Assembly (NCBI GenBank): GCA_963677485.1 | Contig: OY781964.1 | Location: 3,872,001 to 3,936,000 of the forward strand | Length of the DNA: 64,000 bases | From: Armatimonadota bacterium | GTDB taxonomy: Bacteria > Armatimonadota > HRBIN16 | Direction of reading: 5' to 3' | Shown here: positions 48,601 to 59,331 of the stretch, piece after piece | How the letters are laid out: each line of letters begins with the position of its first letter | Position numbering within the stretch: the first letter of the stretch is position 1 | Notes under the pieces: generated by a model | What the model was told of the DNA's origin: nothing | Databases searched by the model: none | What the model saw: the letters and a program-made list of their open reading frames with translations, nothing else | Translations under genes and position numbers: made by a program

Positions 48601-51600
48601 ACGAACCAAGCCTTGGTGAACAGATTGTCAGCAGCCCTGCCGTGTCCGCTAACCGTGTTTTCATTACGACGCTTTACGGACGTGTTCATGCGATTGACCT
48701 GACCACTGGCGAGAAGATATGGCAATATCCTGAAACGCCAACCTGGGGTGGTATCAGCAGCACACCTGCCATATTTGAAGACAAAGTATTCTTCGGCACT
48801 GAGTCTGGCCACGTTGTCGCTTTGCCGGCGACCGGCACGGATGTGGCGGCTCCGGTATGGGAATATCCCTCTGCTACACAGACCGTCATTCCAGACAGCT
48901 TTGTGTTAAGCTCCCCCGCCGTCCTCGAGCTGCCAGATGGGTTGACCACCATACGCGGCAAGAGCAAAGTGCTTTACATCGGCGACCGAGCCGGTTACCT
49001 TTGGGCGATTGATGCCGTTGGTAATGGTGACGGCACGACGGAACTCGCTTGGTCGGATGCGACCAACAACCAATCTGCAAGCCGCAGGTGGAATGGCCAG
49101 ATACAGAGTTCACCAAGCTTTACCTATATCACGCGTATCTTGAACTCCTGGACAGTGGTCTTCGGAGTGATGGGTAATGGTGCTCTGTATGGCGTCAACG
49201 CGCTGAATGGAGGGGCCACCACCGCATCATCCTACGTTTGGGGATACGCCACCGAGGGCCAGAATGTATTCGCCAGTGCCGCCATTGCCAACTCATGGAT
49301 GTATATGGGCAGTGACGACGGCTTCCTGTATGCCTTCAACAACAAAGCTGGCTTTGTGAACGGGTATACACCTGGTGAGGATATGCCGGGTCAAGAGGTG
49401 ACGAACCCAGATGCTGATCCTAACTCCGACGCCTGTATCGACTGGAGCACCATGAAGGTGGAGTTCTTCAGTGAGAAGGAATACGAGGCCATCCGCCAGG
49501 GTCAGAATAAGCTGGGAAGCCCTAACCCCGACTTCCGGACACCAGAGTCGGTTGAGAACCTGAGACTGCGACGCCCTGGATTTGAATGGGGCGACCGTGT
49601 GTTTGCCGTGGTCTACGGACTTGATGTGACCTGCGTGAAGGACTACTCAAAACGCCCGCGCAGTGTGACTATCGGGATACGTGGAAATATCGAGAACTAC
49701 CAGATATCCACTACATTCATCCCATATGAGGATCCGAATGCAACTCCGGTTATCGATCCTGATACCGGTGAAGTGATCCCGAATGTGAAGCTGCGCGCTT
49801 ATGTGGCTTTCAACATCACACCTGACCGCAACACCTGGTGGACACCTGGTCAGAAGCTGGCTCTATTTGCCAAGCCGACCGACGGTGAGCTTCAGGTGGG
49901 TGTAGATCCCACAAAAGGCATCACTGAGTTCACAATCTACAATCCGATTGCACTGAACACCGGCAATGCCAGTATCGGCTGGTCAACTGATACTCCTACC
50001 GGCAGCACCATTCCAAGCACATGCGAATTTGCCCTCAACGGCAATGGCGTTGGCAGCCCGTTAAGTGGCGGCACAAGTGTCAAGCGTGTGGGTACGGTGG
50101 TTGCTAGCGCAGGCGGCGACTTCATCCGGCACGGAACCGGTGGAATGGCCACAGTGCGTGTCGCCAACCGAAGTAAGATGGGTCTGGTGGACAGTGCAGG
50201 TAATGTGTTCCCGGCTGGTCAGCCTCGTGCTTTGATCTCAGGATTGCGCGTCATTCCTGCTAAGCTGGCATATGGCTCGTCCACTCCGTTCAACTACCTG
50301 CCCAGTGAGATCAAGCCGACCGTGCCGAACCGTAGTCTGGAGTATCCTGACATCCCGGAGCGCTCAAGTATCTTCTTCCTGAACGGAAGCGATGTCACAT
50401 ACGGCACGCAGAGGGTAACCCTGCCGCCAGCGAAGGCAAACAGCACCTCCGATGTGATGCCAGGCGATACTCGCACCATGCTGGAGCTGCCCGGACGCCT
50501 TAATGTGTCCGTGCCGAAATATCAGCCAGCCAATGATGCCTACACCGGCATGTATACCGTGTATCTTGACTTGAACTCGAATGGACGGCTTGATACCAGC
50601 AGCTCATCGGACTACTGGACCAATCCCGTGCCCAGTACCAAGGACGAAACATACCGTATATTCACAGCAACCGCCAAGGTTCCTATGGATCCCAAGATCG
50701 ATGTAGTTGACAAGAACGTCTTCCTGGGAACAGTGGCCCATGGCTTTGGTGAACAGATGGGTAACACGCTGCCCAACTTTACATCCGGTGGTGATTCTCG
50801 CAGTGCTACATGGAAGCCAATCGCGATGCGCAATACCGGCAACGTCAACCTGATCGGAATTCGGTTCCTCGGGCTTCCCCCATTGGCTACAGGCATCAAC
50901 GTCTGGAACAGCGGGCAGGTCAACCCCTCCTTTGGGTTGTATTACAGTCCGACTACCTGGATGCAGATATCTAGCACTCTGGATCGTGCATGGGATTCGG
51001 TGTTGCCTGATCGCAACGCCCTGAAACCACGGCCTGGCGGCTCGCCAACCTTCATGACTATCAATAGTCAGCCACCAAGGATTGGAGCCCGCATACCGGT
51101 CGGTACACCGCAAGGAACCTATACCGGTTTCCTCACGGTGAAAGACGACCAGGGATTAGTACCTGTGTCGGTTGGTCCGAACGACCAAAATGAGCCATAC
51201 GGCACCAATGTGCTCAAGGCGAATGTGACTGTGGTGGAAGCGCGCATGACCAACGACCGCCCAGAAGGCACTCTGTGGCAACTGCAGAGCTCCAAACAGG
51301 GAGGCGATCTGCCTGCCAATCTGCTGCCTTCAGCGATCATCGACAACACCACGCTGAATGTGGCATGGACCAGTAACAGAGGCAATCCTTTGATCCCGTC
51401 TTGGAAGCTCTTTTTCGGCCAGATGGGTAGGGATGCGACGACTGGACAGTGGCTTCCTAATACATCCGACCAATGGTTCAAAGTGAATCCGTTGGCTACC
51501 GCAGGCTTTCCTGACGATCCTACAGGCGACCTGTTTAAGCAAAGCGGCGATTCAGGTGATACTGTTCTGGCTGACAGTGGTCAGCATAGTGGGCCAGTGT

Positions 51601-52769
51601 TGTTTACATACGGAAGCAAGAAATACTGCGTATGGTACGGAACAGCAGTGAAGGTATATAACTCACAGCAGTTCAACGTTCATGCGTTGTTCATGGCTCC
51701 TATCGGCAGTGACGGTCAGCCAATCGCTTCGGCGATCGACAGGCTACCATTTGACCCCATGCTTCCCATGAGTAAACCTGCGATCACTGTTGAGAACAAC
51801 CGCGCCATACTGATGTGGATGAGCAACAAGGGTCAGGTTATGTATTCCATGAACAACGACAGCTCGCTGGACGTTACCAAGTGGAGTACCCCTGTACGCC
51901 TTGTGACACCCCGTGGTATTCGCGAAATTGATAGCGCCCGTCCCATGACCTTGACGGTGAATGGAAATGACAACATCTATGTGATGGTCAGTGGACTGGA
52001 ACAAAACGGGGATGCAGCTCAAGCCTACATGCTGCGATATAACCTGAGGGGTAACAATCTGATCGCTACCGGTTTGGGCAGCACAACAGAAACCACAAGG
52101 CTGCAGCGTATCACGAACAGCAATGTATGGATTGGCCGTGACCTGAGTTGGCAGCAACAAGACATCAAACTGTTCTTGAACGGCGAAGAGCTGGTGGCAA
52201 CATCGAGTTCATACGATGACCAGAGCGGTGTGATGACCTTTGCGACTGCCGATGGCGGAGGCTATCTGGTGGACCTGTCTCAAGGCACAGTCACGTTCCC
52301 TTATGCACAACCCAAGCTGACCGACGTGGTCACGGCGCAATATAGGGCAAGGGCGATGCGGCTGACGGTCAACCGCGATGACACCGCGCCTACGATCTAC
52401 GCTGGTAGCAATACAAACGCCATCGGAACCGTAGAGGGTGGCGGCGGAGCCATGTGGACCTTATACCGCAAGGTAGCTAATACGGGCGCCACTCAAGCCT
52501 TCTTTGGGAAACGGCTGGTAGTGGATCCGAAATATAGTGTGGATCAATCGATCGTAGACAAGGCGAATGCGGGACAGATCAAGACCACTGGCTTGCTGTG
52601 GGACAACATCCGCGAAACCATGGTTCCGACCACCGGCGCCGCAAGCGAAAGCTACATGTCGGCGGTGCAGGATCCAAAAGACGGCAAGCTATGGCTATTC
52701 TGGAGCAGCAGCCGAACAGGCGCCACCGACCTGTTCTACCAGACCTGGGCACCACGACCGCCTCGGTAG
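45615..52769 (+). CDS. Giant secreted protein (2384 aa): PQQ-type beta-propeller with golvesin/xanthan-lyase C-terminal-like domains; putative adhesin
   Basis: Signal peptide; DWPVFRKDQARTG; repeated SSPA...G.L.A.D..TG...W blades; four YxxxVxxP...NQ...GxW...F...DAV-type domains. Confidence 0.78.
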   Translation: MAMLKFGKITLAALMATLLVSTIATAQQSTDWPVFRKDQARTGADKVQDNGPGRANLRWSWPRYSQLPPQIIADDSEVQSPSYAGSFAIKSLPNSLGQAYYGNLDGNTAGVSELQDSAAISPDGYHPPTAASSTVFYHYARVAKAGDNNSTSNATVIATWQNATTTQITSRAELRRPARYRIYVWFPSSGTRLQDNSLTLDSTYKTPSNATRAMYVVEYPISINGKTGIISKTIYMDQTKGGQWIQLREANSSGDSLDSLFPYDGKTPIKVRLFNLTDNEADMTNKCIIVYDAVKFVPDNGNVVASPVVSSLGTGANAQQRIIVTRNENVPDLNAPSVTAIDSEGTGAYYTVPDPARSITVGAVYGLNYDPVQDAVKQLWRYEVGQISQPHVLDDTGGAGSIENLSGVNPELNFLLNSIDGVPVYKGAWPITSATASCYAAFANPSSVDADIAKFRWYPSLTSGTATPVHIRVHLPDVPASDAVTAQYSLVYSGGTFPFTINQVADPGQSGGRWVDVPGTFNMKSGDYLELKGNATGGFTEKSMDNPAASPGWSVVTGGFNPGNGNYLQTPLTGSVDPALWATAEYSIPNMLPVNGGTTANYLVDVFVPSMPSGSQRGYQVQYLVTAGGVTTKVYVNQNTDKPEGEWKTLGIFPVANNGTIKVVCTNFDPSIAGGTNGDIVELDDSVTASTERDGVWVAPATPEQGAINGTYTQSPATLANDPTTVGSFIWKPTLNPQSGSVGRYTLYVRLPQVTGGVKRASWVEYTINTVNGPEKVHVNQAGNCLVGETATTDATWLRLGTFTLSKTGNPIVMLTNYTADAASAGSVVIADAIRLEQEAAVAITDVVRARERRVVVADAIEYSAPNSTAGAVTGTPAIGNADVKLSDGTIANKLIVVVPTLGGELYGLDATGDPLTGNTLSYWVVDASVDKSSSVQYSFSSPVFATKGAGGQTMVLVNNFWGRTMAIDTTGNGDYMEGTNRKGTTNLLWAYPKTDEPSLGEQIVSSPAVSANRVFITTLYGRVHAIDLTTGEKIWQYPETPTWGGISSTPAIFEDKVFFGTESGHVVALPATGTDVAAPVWEYPSATQTVIPDSFVLSSPAVLELPDGLTTIRGKSKVLYIGDRAGYLWAIDAVGNGDGTTELAWSDATNNQSASRRWNGQIQSSPSFTYITRILNSWTVVFGVMGNGALYGVNALNGGATTASSYVWGYATEGQNVFASAAIANSWMYMGSDDGFLYAFNNKAGFVNGYTPGEDMPGQEVTNPDADPNSDACIDWSTMKVEFFSEKEYEAIRQGQNKLGSPNPDFRTPESVENLRLRRPGFEWGDRVFAVVYGLDVTCVKDYSKRPRSVTIGIRGNIENYQISTTFIPYEDPNATPVIDPDTGEVIPNVKLRAYVAFNITPDRNTWWTPGQKLALFAKPTDGELQVGVDPTKGITEFTIYNPIALNTGNASIGWSTDTPTGSTIPSTCEFALNGNGVGSPLSGGTSVKRVGTVVASAGGDFIRHGTGGMATVRVANRSKMGLVDSAGNVFPAGQPRALISGLRVIPAKLAYGSSTPFNYLPSEIKPTVPNRSLEYPDIPERSSIFFLNGSDVTYGTQRVTLPPAKANSTSDVMPGDTRTMLELPGRLNVSVPKYQPANDAYTGMYTVYLDLNSNGRLDTSSSSDYWTNPVPSTKDETYRIFTATAKVPMDPKIDVVDKNVFLGTVAHGFGEQMGNTLPNFTSGGDSRSATWKPIAMRNTGNVNLIGIRFLGLPPLATGINVWNSGQVNPSFGLYYSPTTWMQISSTLDRAWDSVLPDRNALKPRPGGSPTFMTINSQPPRIGARIPVGTPQGTYTGFLTVKDDQGLVPVSVGPNDQNEPYGTNVLKANVTVVEARMTNDRPEGTLWQLQSSKQGGDLPANLLPSAIIDNTTLNVAWTSNRGNPLIPSWKLFFGQMGRDATTGQWLPNTSDQWFKVNPLATAGFPDDPTGDLFKQSGDSGDTVLADSGQHSGPVLFTYGSKKYCVWYGTAVKVYNSQQFNVHALFMAPIGSDGQPIASAIDRLPFDPMLPMSKPAITVENNRAILMWMSNKGQVMYSMNNDSSLDVTKWSTPVRLVTPRGIREIDSARPMTLTVNGNDNIYVMVSGLEQNGDAAQAYMLRYNLRGNNLIATGLGSTTETTRLQRITNSNVWIGRDLSWQQQDIKLFLNGEELVATSSSYDDQSGVMTFATADGGGYLVDLSQGTVTFPYAQPKLTDVVTAQYRARAMRLTVNRDDTAPTIYAGSNTNAIGTVEGGGGAMWTLYRKVANTGATQAFFGKRLVVDPKYSVDQSIVDKANAGQIKTTGLLWDNIRETMVPTTGAASESYMSAVQDPKDGKLWLFWSSSRTGATDLFYQTWAPRPPR

Positions 52770-52788
52770 TCGGTGCTTGAAGTCACTG

Positions 52789-52827
52789 AAACGCCCCATT
52801 GGTCATACGACCGGTGGGGCGTTTTTT
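52789..52827 (+). terminator. Rho-independent terminator ending the pilus locus
   Basis: AAACGCCCCATTGGTC-ATAC-GACCGGTGGGGCGTTTTTT. Confidence 0.85.
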
Positions 52828-52839
52828 AAGAGAAGGGGG

Positions 52840-52960
52840 AGGAGAAAGGAGTCAGGAGAGCAGGAGATGAGGAGAGCAGGAGATGAGGAGCGGAGGAGAC
52901 GAAGACAATTGTCGCAGGTGTGTCCTACTGGTCCTACTCATCCTACTTGTCTGATCCGTC
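52840..52960. repeat. Short tandem repeats: AGGAGNN(N) x8 and RTCCTACTN x3-4
   Basis: AGGAGAGC/AGGAGATG alternation at 52840-52901; GTCCTACTG GTCCTACTC ATCCTACTT at 52922-52948. Confidence 0.82.
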
Positions 52961-53082
52961 ATTTGGGGCATACCTGCTCGTGAGGTCAAGACCGCCTGTT
53001 AAATACCGGCCGTGGGCGGTATGGTAAAAACCCAACCATTTGTATATCTGAAATCGATTGAATGAACAGCGTCCTTCTCCAC

Positions 53083-53224
53083 GATACCTGCATTGAACGA
53101 AGGGGCGCGGTGTGATAAGCTAATAATAGATAAACACGGATTCAAAGACGCTCGTGTTCGGGAGATGTTCTGGGCCACCCTATGGGGGGAGGCCATTTGC
53201 TCTTCTGAATACGAGTGTTTTTTT
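53083..53224 (+). promoter_or_regulatory. gltB leader with terminator/antiterminator-like structure
   Basis: 21-bp stem with G-U pairs (53145-53165 / 53201-53221) ending in a T run; competing AACACG/CGTGTT stem (53133-53158). Confidence 0.6.
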
Positions 53225-53249
53225 ATCTCGATACGGGGTGAATACAACT

Positions 53250-56200
53250 ATGTCTCCCAGTCTTCCCAAAATAGATGGCCTTTACGACCCGCAAAATGAG
53301 CATGATGCTTGTGGCGTAGGGTTCGTTGCACATATCAAGGGTTTGAAGTCTCACAGCATCGTGGAAAATGGACTTCAGATACTCATGAATCTGGAACATC
53401 GAGGTGCCAGCGGTTCGGACCCTGAAACGGGCGATGGTGCTGGTATATTGATGCAGATACCGCATCGCTACTTTACAAAGGTGCTCAATTTCGCTATCCC
53501 GCAAGATGGCAGCTATGGCGTTGGTATGCTGTTTTTACCCAAGGACAGCAAGGCCCAACGGGCATGTACAGAACTGACCGAATCAGTCATTTCAGAGTAT
53601 GGCCAGAAGCTGATCGGATGGCGTGATGTTCCCGTTGATAGCTCGAAGCTGGGCAAAGCAGCTCGCGCATCGGAGCCGGTCATCAAGCAGGTGTTCATCG
53701 CCGCTGCACCCAGCATCTCAGACGATGACGAGTTCGAGCGAATCCTGTTCTTAATCCGCAAGACTATTGAGCACCGAAGTCCGATTCTGACGATACCTGA
53801 GGGTCAGGGCTTCTACATCAACAGCTTCAGCAGCCGCACCATCGTTTATAAGGGGCTGCTGCTGGCGCGACAGATGGGGGTTTACTACCTCGACTTGCTC
53901 GATCCGGATTTTGAGTCGGCACTGGCGTTGGTTCACCAGCGATTCAGCACCAATACCTTCCCCAGTTGGGAGCTTGCTCACCCGTATCGTATGCTGGCTC
54001 ATAATGGCGAAATCAACACTCTGCGCGGCAACCGAAACTGGATGCGCGCCCGTCAGGCGACGATGCACAGCGACCAGTTGGGCGGTGACCTGCAGAACCT
54101 CTACCCATTAGTCACCGAAACGGGCAGCGATAGTGCCACACTCGACAACGCTTTGGAACTGCTGGTAATGGGGGGACGCAGCCTCCCGCAGAGCATGATG
54201 ATGCTGATGCCGGAAGCCTGGGGTCAGGAAGAAAAGCTGATGGACCCGGCTCGCCGCGAGTTCTACGAGTATAGTGCCACCATCATGGAAGCCTGGGACG
54301 GACCTGCTGCTGTGGCCTTCACCGATGGCCGAGTGATCGGAGCCTGTCTCGACCGTAACGGACTTCGCCCGGCTCGTTACCTGGTGACCAGGGATGACCT
54401 CGTGGTCATGGCATCCGAAACCGGTGTGCTGGACATTCGCGAAGAGACCATCCGTGAAAAGTGGCGACTGCGCCCTGGACGTATCTTCATGGTCGACCTG
54501 AAAGAGGGCCGTATCATCGGCGATGCCGAGTTGAAAGACCGCATCGTGAACGAGCATCCCTATGGCCAATGGCTGGAAGATGAGCGTATCAACCTTAGCG
54601 ACCTTCCCGACCCCGTGATGCTGAGCAACCCAGAAACCACGCAGCTTCAAGAACGCCAGCGTGTGTTTGGCTATACTCAGGAAGATTTGAACCTGATACT
54701 CAAGCCTATGGCTGTTGATGGGCAGGAGCCCACGGGCTCCATGGGCAACGATGTGCCGCTTGCGGTTCTAAGCAAACGGCCGCAGTTGCTTTACAACTAT
54801 TTCAAACAGTTGTTCGCACAGGTGACCAACCCGCCGATAGACCCCATCCGTGAAGAGCTTGTGATGGAGCTGCAATACTACATCGGTAAGGGCGGAAACC
54901 TGTTCGAAGATGGCCCTGAGCACGCCCACCAGATATATATCGACACACCGGTTCTCAGCAATGTGCAGCTTGAGCGGTTACGTCAGGTTGAAGACGGTGA
55001 TTTTAGGGCGCGTACCATCAGCATTCTGTTCGACCCTCGCGATGAAGGTTCTATGAAGGATGCGATCGAGCGTGTCTTTGCAGAGACGGACCAGGCCATC
55101 GCTGATGGCGTGAGCATCGTCGTGTTGTCTGACCGTGGTGTGGATCGCGAACATGCACCTATTCCTTCGTTACTGGCCATCGCGAGCCTGCATCATCACC
55201 TCATCGAACAGGGCACACGAAGTTCCGTCGGTGTGGTGCTGGAATCAGGCGAACCACGCGAGGTGATGCATTTCGCACTGCTGCTGGGATATGGCGTCAG
55301 TGCGGTCAACCCATATCTGGCGTTTGACACCATCGGACAACTCGTCCAGGATGGTGTGATCGAAGGTACCATAGCGAAGGCATGCAAAAACTTCATCAAA
55401 GCCATCAGTAAAGGCATCATGAAGGTGATGTCGAAGATGGGTATCAGCTCCATACGCAGCTACCGAGGTGCTCAGATTTTTGAGGCCATCGGTCTGCATG
55501 AAGACTTCATTGATGCCTATTTCTCAGGCACCCCTTCGCGTATCAGCGGAGCCGGACTAGCTGAGATCACCAAAGAGACCGTCATGCGCCATGAGTTTGC
55601 ATACCCATTTGATGAGGTGCCTGGCAACCTTGGCCTGGATACGGGCGGCCAATACAAGTGGCGTCGAGCGGGCGAGTATCACCAGTATAATCCTGACACC
55701 GTCAGCACTCTACAACATGCCGTGCGCACTGGCGATTATGGGAAGTTCAAGCAGTTCTCGAAGTTCGTCAATGAGCACGCAGAACAGATCGCCACTCTGC
55801 GAGGTTTGATCCGCTTCAAACCAAGCACTGCGATACCTATTGACGAAGTGGAGCCGGTCAGTGAGATTGTCAAGCGGTTTGTCACTGGAGCCATGTCGTT
55901 GGGCTCAATCAGCCGCGAAGCCCACGAAACACTGGCCATAGCGATGAACCGACTCGGTGGTAAAAGTAACACGGGTGAGGGCGGCGAAGACAGCTCCCGC
56001 TACAAACCTGATGCCGACGGCAACCTGCGGCGAAGTGCGATCAAGCAGATCGCATCAGCTCGATTTGGTGTGACGGCGAACTACCTTGTGAACGCCGATG
56101 AGCTTCAGATTAAAATGGCCCAGGGTGCAAAGCCTGGTGAGGGTGGACAACTTCCTGGCCACAAAGTGGATCATTATGTCGCAAAACTGCGGCATAGCAC

Positions 56201-57791
56201 TCCAGGTGTGACACTGATTAGCCCGCCGCCACATCATGACATTTACTCGATTGAGGACCTGGCTCAGCTCATCTACGACCTGAAGAACGTGAATCCAAAA
56301 GCACGCATCAGCGTGAAGCTGGTAGCGGAAGTGGGAGTGGGCACGGTGGCTGCTGGTGTGGCGAAAGCCCATGCGGACCACGTGCTGATCTCTGGTCATG
56401 ATGGGGGAACCGGAGCCAGCCCAGTCAGTTCAATCAAACATGCTGGCTTGCCATGGGAGCTGGGGCTTGCAGAAACCCAGCAGGTTCTGGTGAAGAACAC
56501 CCTGCGAAGCCGTATCGTGGTGCAGACCGACGGACAGATCAAAACCGGCCGTGAGGTGGTCATCGCTGCTCTGCTGGGTGCGGAGGAGTTTGGCTTCAGC
56601 ACAACTGCTTTGATTAGTATGGGCTGCATACTCATGCGGGTCTGCCATAGTAACACCTGCCCAGCCGGTATCGCCACGCAAGATCCGGTTCTTAGGGCAC
56701 GCTTTGCAGGCAAACCTGAGCATGTGGTGAACTTCTTTACATTCGTCGCCATGGAAGTTCGCGAACATATGGCCGAACTGGGCTTCAGGAAGTTCGATGA
56801 TATGGTTGGCCACAGTGAGCGCCTGCGGTTTGAGATACCTGAGGACCACTGGAAGGCTCAGAACCTCAACCTTGATGTTCTGTTCAACCAACCCGATGAA
56901 GCAAAGAGCCATCCGCTGCACTGCACAACCAAGCAAGACCACGGTCTTGAGAAGCAGCTTGACAACGAGTTGATCAAACTCTGTGCTGATGCTATCAGTA
57001 TGCGGGAGCCAGTGCGGTTAACAATGCCAATCCGCAACAGCAACCGTACAGTCGGTGCGATGCTGTCCGGTCGGATCGCCGAGAAGTATGGCGAAAAGGG
57101 GCTGCCTGATGGCACCATCAGGGTTCACTTCGATGGATCAGCAGGGCAGAGCTTTGGAGCGTTCCTGGTCGACGGTGTGACTTTCGAGCTGGCCGGCGAC
57201 TGCAACGACTACCTCGGCAAAGGGTTGTCTGGCGGTCGAGTGGTGGTTTATCCGCCACGGCTGGCAAGTTACAAGCCCAATGAAAACATCATCGCAGGGA
57301 ACACCCTGCTGTATGGTGCCACCAGTGGGGAAGTCTTCCTGAGAGGTGTCGTGGGCGAACGATTCGCCGTGCGAAACTCCGGCGCTCTAGCGGTCGTTGA
57401 GGGTTGCGGAGACCACGGCTGCGAATACATGACCGGTGGTGTGGTGGTAGTGATTGGCAACGTGGGCCGAAACTTTGCGGCCGGCATGAGCGGCGGGGTG
57501 GCCTATGTCATGGACGAGAATGGCGGCTTCCGACAGCGGGTGAACCGCGGGCATGGAAGCATCCTCCTTGAGGCTGTGACGGAACAAGACGACGCTGATC
57601 TGCTGAGAGAAATGCTGAGCAAACATCTGCGTTGGACTGGCTCTGATGAGGCCGCCAGTATCCTGCAACGCTGGGATGATATGCTGCCACGCTTCGTGAA
57701 GGTCATATCCAAGGAATATAAAAACATGCTGGCAATCCTCGAATCGGAAGAGATCGAGAACCGGCATAAGGAGGTCATTACCAATGGCTGA
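53250..57791 (+). CDS. gltB: Glutamate synthase large subunit
   Basis: [52 protein letters not shown]. Confidence 0.98.
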   Translation: MSPSLPKIDGLYDPQNEHDACGVGFVAHIKGLKSHSIVENGLQILMNLEHRGASGSDPETGDGAGILMQIPHRYFTKVLNFAIPQDGSYGVGMLFLPKDSKAQRACTELTESVISEYGQKLIGWRDVPVDSSKLGKAARASEPVIKQVFIAAAPSISDDDEFERILFLIRKTIEHRSPILTIPEGQGFYINSFSSRTIVYKGLLLARQMGVYYLDLLDPDFESALALVHQRFSTNTFPSWELAHPYRMLAHNGEINTLRGNRNWMRARQATMHSDQLGGDLQNLYPLVTETGSDSATLDNALELLVMGGRSLPQSMMMLMPEAWGQEEKLMDPARREFYEYSATIMEAWDGPAAVAFTDGRVIGACLDRNGLRPARYLVTRDDLVVMASETGVLDIREETIREKWRLRPGRIFMVDLKEGRIIGDAELKDRIVNEHPYGQWLEDERINLSDLPDPVMLSNPETTQLQERQRVFGYTQEDLNLILKPMAVDGQEPTGSMGNDVPLAVLSKRPQLLYNYFKQLFAQVTNPPIDPIREELVMELQYYIGKGGNLFEDGPEHAHQIYIDTPVLSNVQLERLRQVEDGDFRARTISILFDPRDEGSMKDAIERVFAETDQAIADGVSIVVLSDRGVDREHAPIPSLLAIASLHHHLIEQGTRSSVGVVLESGEPREVMHFALLLGYGVSAVNPYLAFDTIGQLVQDGVIEGTIAKACKNFIKAISKGIMKVMSKMGISSIRSYRGAQIFEAIGLHEDFIDAYFSGTPSRISGAGLAEITKETVMRHEFAYPFDEVPGNLGLDTGGQYKWRRAGEYHQYNPDTVSTLQHAVRTGDYGKFKQFSKFVNEHAEQIATLRGLIRFKPSTAIPIDEVEPVSEIVKRFVTGAMSLGSISREAHETLAIAMNRLGGKSNTGEGGEDSSRYKPDADGNLRRSAIKQIASARFGVTANYLVNADELQIKMAQGAKPGEGGQLPGHKVDHYVAKLRHSTPGVTLISPPPHHDIYSIEDLAQLIYDLKNVNPKARISVKLVAEVGVGTVAAGVAKAHADHVLISGHDGGTGASPVSSIKHAGLPWELGLAETQQVLVKNTLRSRIVVQTDGQIKTGREVVIAALLGAEEFGFSTTALISMGCILMRVCHSNTCPAGIATQDPVLRARFAGKPEHVVNFFTFVAMEVREHMAELGFRKFDDMVGHSERLRFEIPEDHWKAQNLNLDVLFNQPDEAKSHPLHCTTKQDHGLEKQLDNELIKLCADAISMREPVRLTMPIRNSNRTVGAMLSGRIAEKYGEKGLPDGTIRVHFDGSAGQSFGAFLVDGVTFELAGDCNDYLGKGLSGGRVVVYPPRLASYKPNENIIAGNTLLYGATSGEVFLRGVVGERFAVRNSGALAVVEGCGDHGCEYMTGGVVVVIGNVGRNFAAGMSGGVAYVMDENGGFRQRVNRGHGSILLEAVTEQDDADLLREMLSKHLRWTGSDEAASILQRWDDMLPRFVKVISKEYKNMLAILESEEIENRHKEVITNG

Positions 57792-59223
57792 TCCTAAAGG
57801 GTTTCTGAAGTATACACGGGTCGCCGCCCCCGATCTAGCGGCTGATGGCCGGGTGCAGAACTTCAATGAGTTTCATTTGAGGCTGCCGGAAAGCGAATTC
57901 CTGCATCAGGCAGCACGCTGCATGGACTGCGGTATTCCGTTCTGCCACAACGGCTGTCCTTTAGGCAACCTGATCCCAGAATGGAACGACCTTGCCTATC
58001 GCGAGCGGTGGGAAGATGCCATCAAGCGGCTTCATGCCACCAACAACTTCCCAGAGTTCACTGGTAAGCTGTGCCCCGCTCCGTGTGAAGAGGCTTGCGT
58101 TCTGGGTATCAACCAGCCGCCTGTGAATATCAAAATGATCGAAGAGACCATCATCCATACCGCCTTTGAAGAGGGCTGGGTGAAGGCGGAACCGCCGCTC
58201 AAACGCACCGGAAAAAAAGTCGCGGTTGTCGGCTCCGGCCCCAGCGGTCTGGCCGCGGCGGCGCAGCTCAACCGTGCTGGTCACAGCGTGGTGGTGTTTG
58301 AACGATCTAGCCGCATCGGCGGGCTGTTGCGTTATGGAATCCCAGACTTCAAAATCGAGAAGTGGATCATCGACCGCCGGCTTGCGATCCTGGAAGAAGA
58401 GGGGATCGAGTTCCGCACGGGAGTGAATGTGGGTTTCGATATTGACAGCCAGAAGCTGCTGTCGGAATTCGACGCCGTAGTGCTTTGCGGTGGATCGACT
58501 ATCCCGCGCGACCTGCCTGTGCCGGGGCGAGAACTTAAAGGCGTTCATTATGCCATGGAGTTCCTGACCCAGCAAAACTACCTGAATGCTGGCGATGATC
58601 TGACCGTAGATCCGATCTCAGCAACTGGCAAGCATGTGGTGGTTATCGGCGGCGGCGACACCGGCTCTGACTGCGTGGGCACCAGCATCCGACAGGGTGC
58701 CGCGAGTGTGACGCAGGTTGAAATCATGCCTAAGCCTCCAACGGAGCGTGCACCAAGCACCCCTTGGCCTCTTTGGAGTTACAAGATGCGAACCAGCAGC
58801 TCACATGAAGAGGGCTGTGCTCGCGACTGGGATGTGCTGACCAAGAGCTTCACCGGTAAATCAGGCGTAGTGAAGAACCTGAATGCTGTGCGTGTGAAGT
58901 GGGAGGGCCGCAACATGAGTGAGGTGGCTGGCAGCGAGTTTACACTCAAGTGTGACCTGGCACTCTTGGCCATGGGCTTTGTTCACCCGCAGCACGACGG
59001 CCCCATCGGGCAGTTGGGTGTGGAGCTGAATGAACGCGGCAACGTGCAGGTAAACAGCCGGTTCCAGACCAGTGTGCCCAAGGTGTTCTCAGCAGGTGAC
59101 ATGCGTCGCGGACAGTCGTTGATTGTCTGGGCCATATCCGAAGGGCGTGAGTGCGCCCGTGGGGTCGACGAATACTTGATGGGCCGCACTGACTTAACCC
59201 TCAACGGAGCGAAACGCTGGTAA
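57784..59223 (+). CDS. gltD: Glutamate synthase small subunit
   Basis: [35 protein letters not shown]. Confidence 0.97.
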   Translation: MADPKGFLKYTRVAAPDLAADGRVQNFNEFHLRLPESEFLHQAARCMDCGIPFCHNGCPLGNLIPEWNDLAYRERWEDAIKRLHATNNFPEFTGKLCPAPCEEACVLGINQPPVNIKMIEETIIHTAFEEGWVKAEPPLKRTGKKVAVVGSGPSGLAAAAQLNRAGHSVVVFERSSRIGGLLRYGIPDFKIEKWIIDRRLAILEEEGIEFRTGVNVGFDIDSQKLLSEFDAVVLCGGSTIPRDLPVPGRELKGVHYAMEFLTQQNYLNAGDDLTVDPISATGKHVVVIGGGDTGSDCVGTSIRQGAASVTQVEIMPKPPTERAPSTPWPLWSYKMRTSSSHEEGCARDWDVLTKSFTGKSGVVKNLNAVRVKWEGRNMSEVAGSEFTLKCDLALLAMGFVHPQHDGPIGQLGVELNERGNVQVNSRFQTSVPKVFSAGDMRRGQSLIVWAISEGRECARGVDEYLMGRTDLTLNGAKRW

Positions 59224-59331
59224 GCACTTGCCCGTGCTGACACGGTAGCCCAGGCTGTAACTGAAGTGTCACGCTGCGGCAACTGATCGATATGCGAATG
59301 GCTGTCCGCTTCTTTTGCTGTCAAGCGCGGC

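Noticed and set aside
52567-52983. 138-aa ORF crossing the terminator and tandem repeats
   Set aside because: Overlaps the giant gene out of frame, spans a terminator, and its low complexity derives from the repeats
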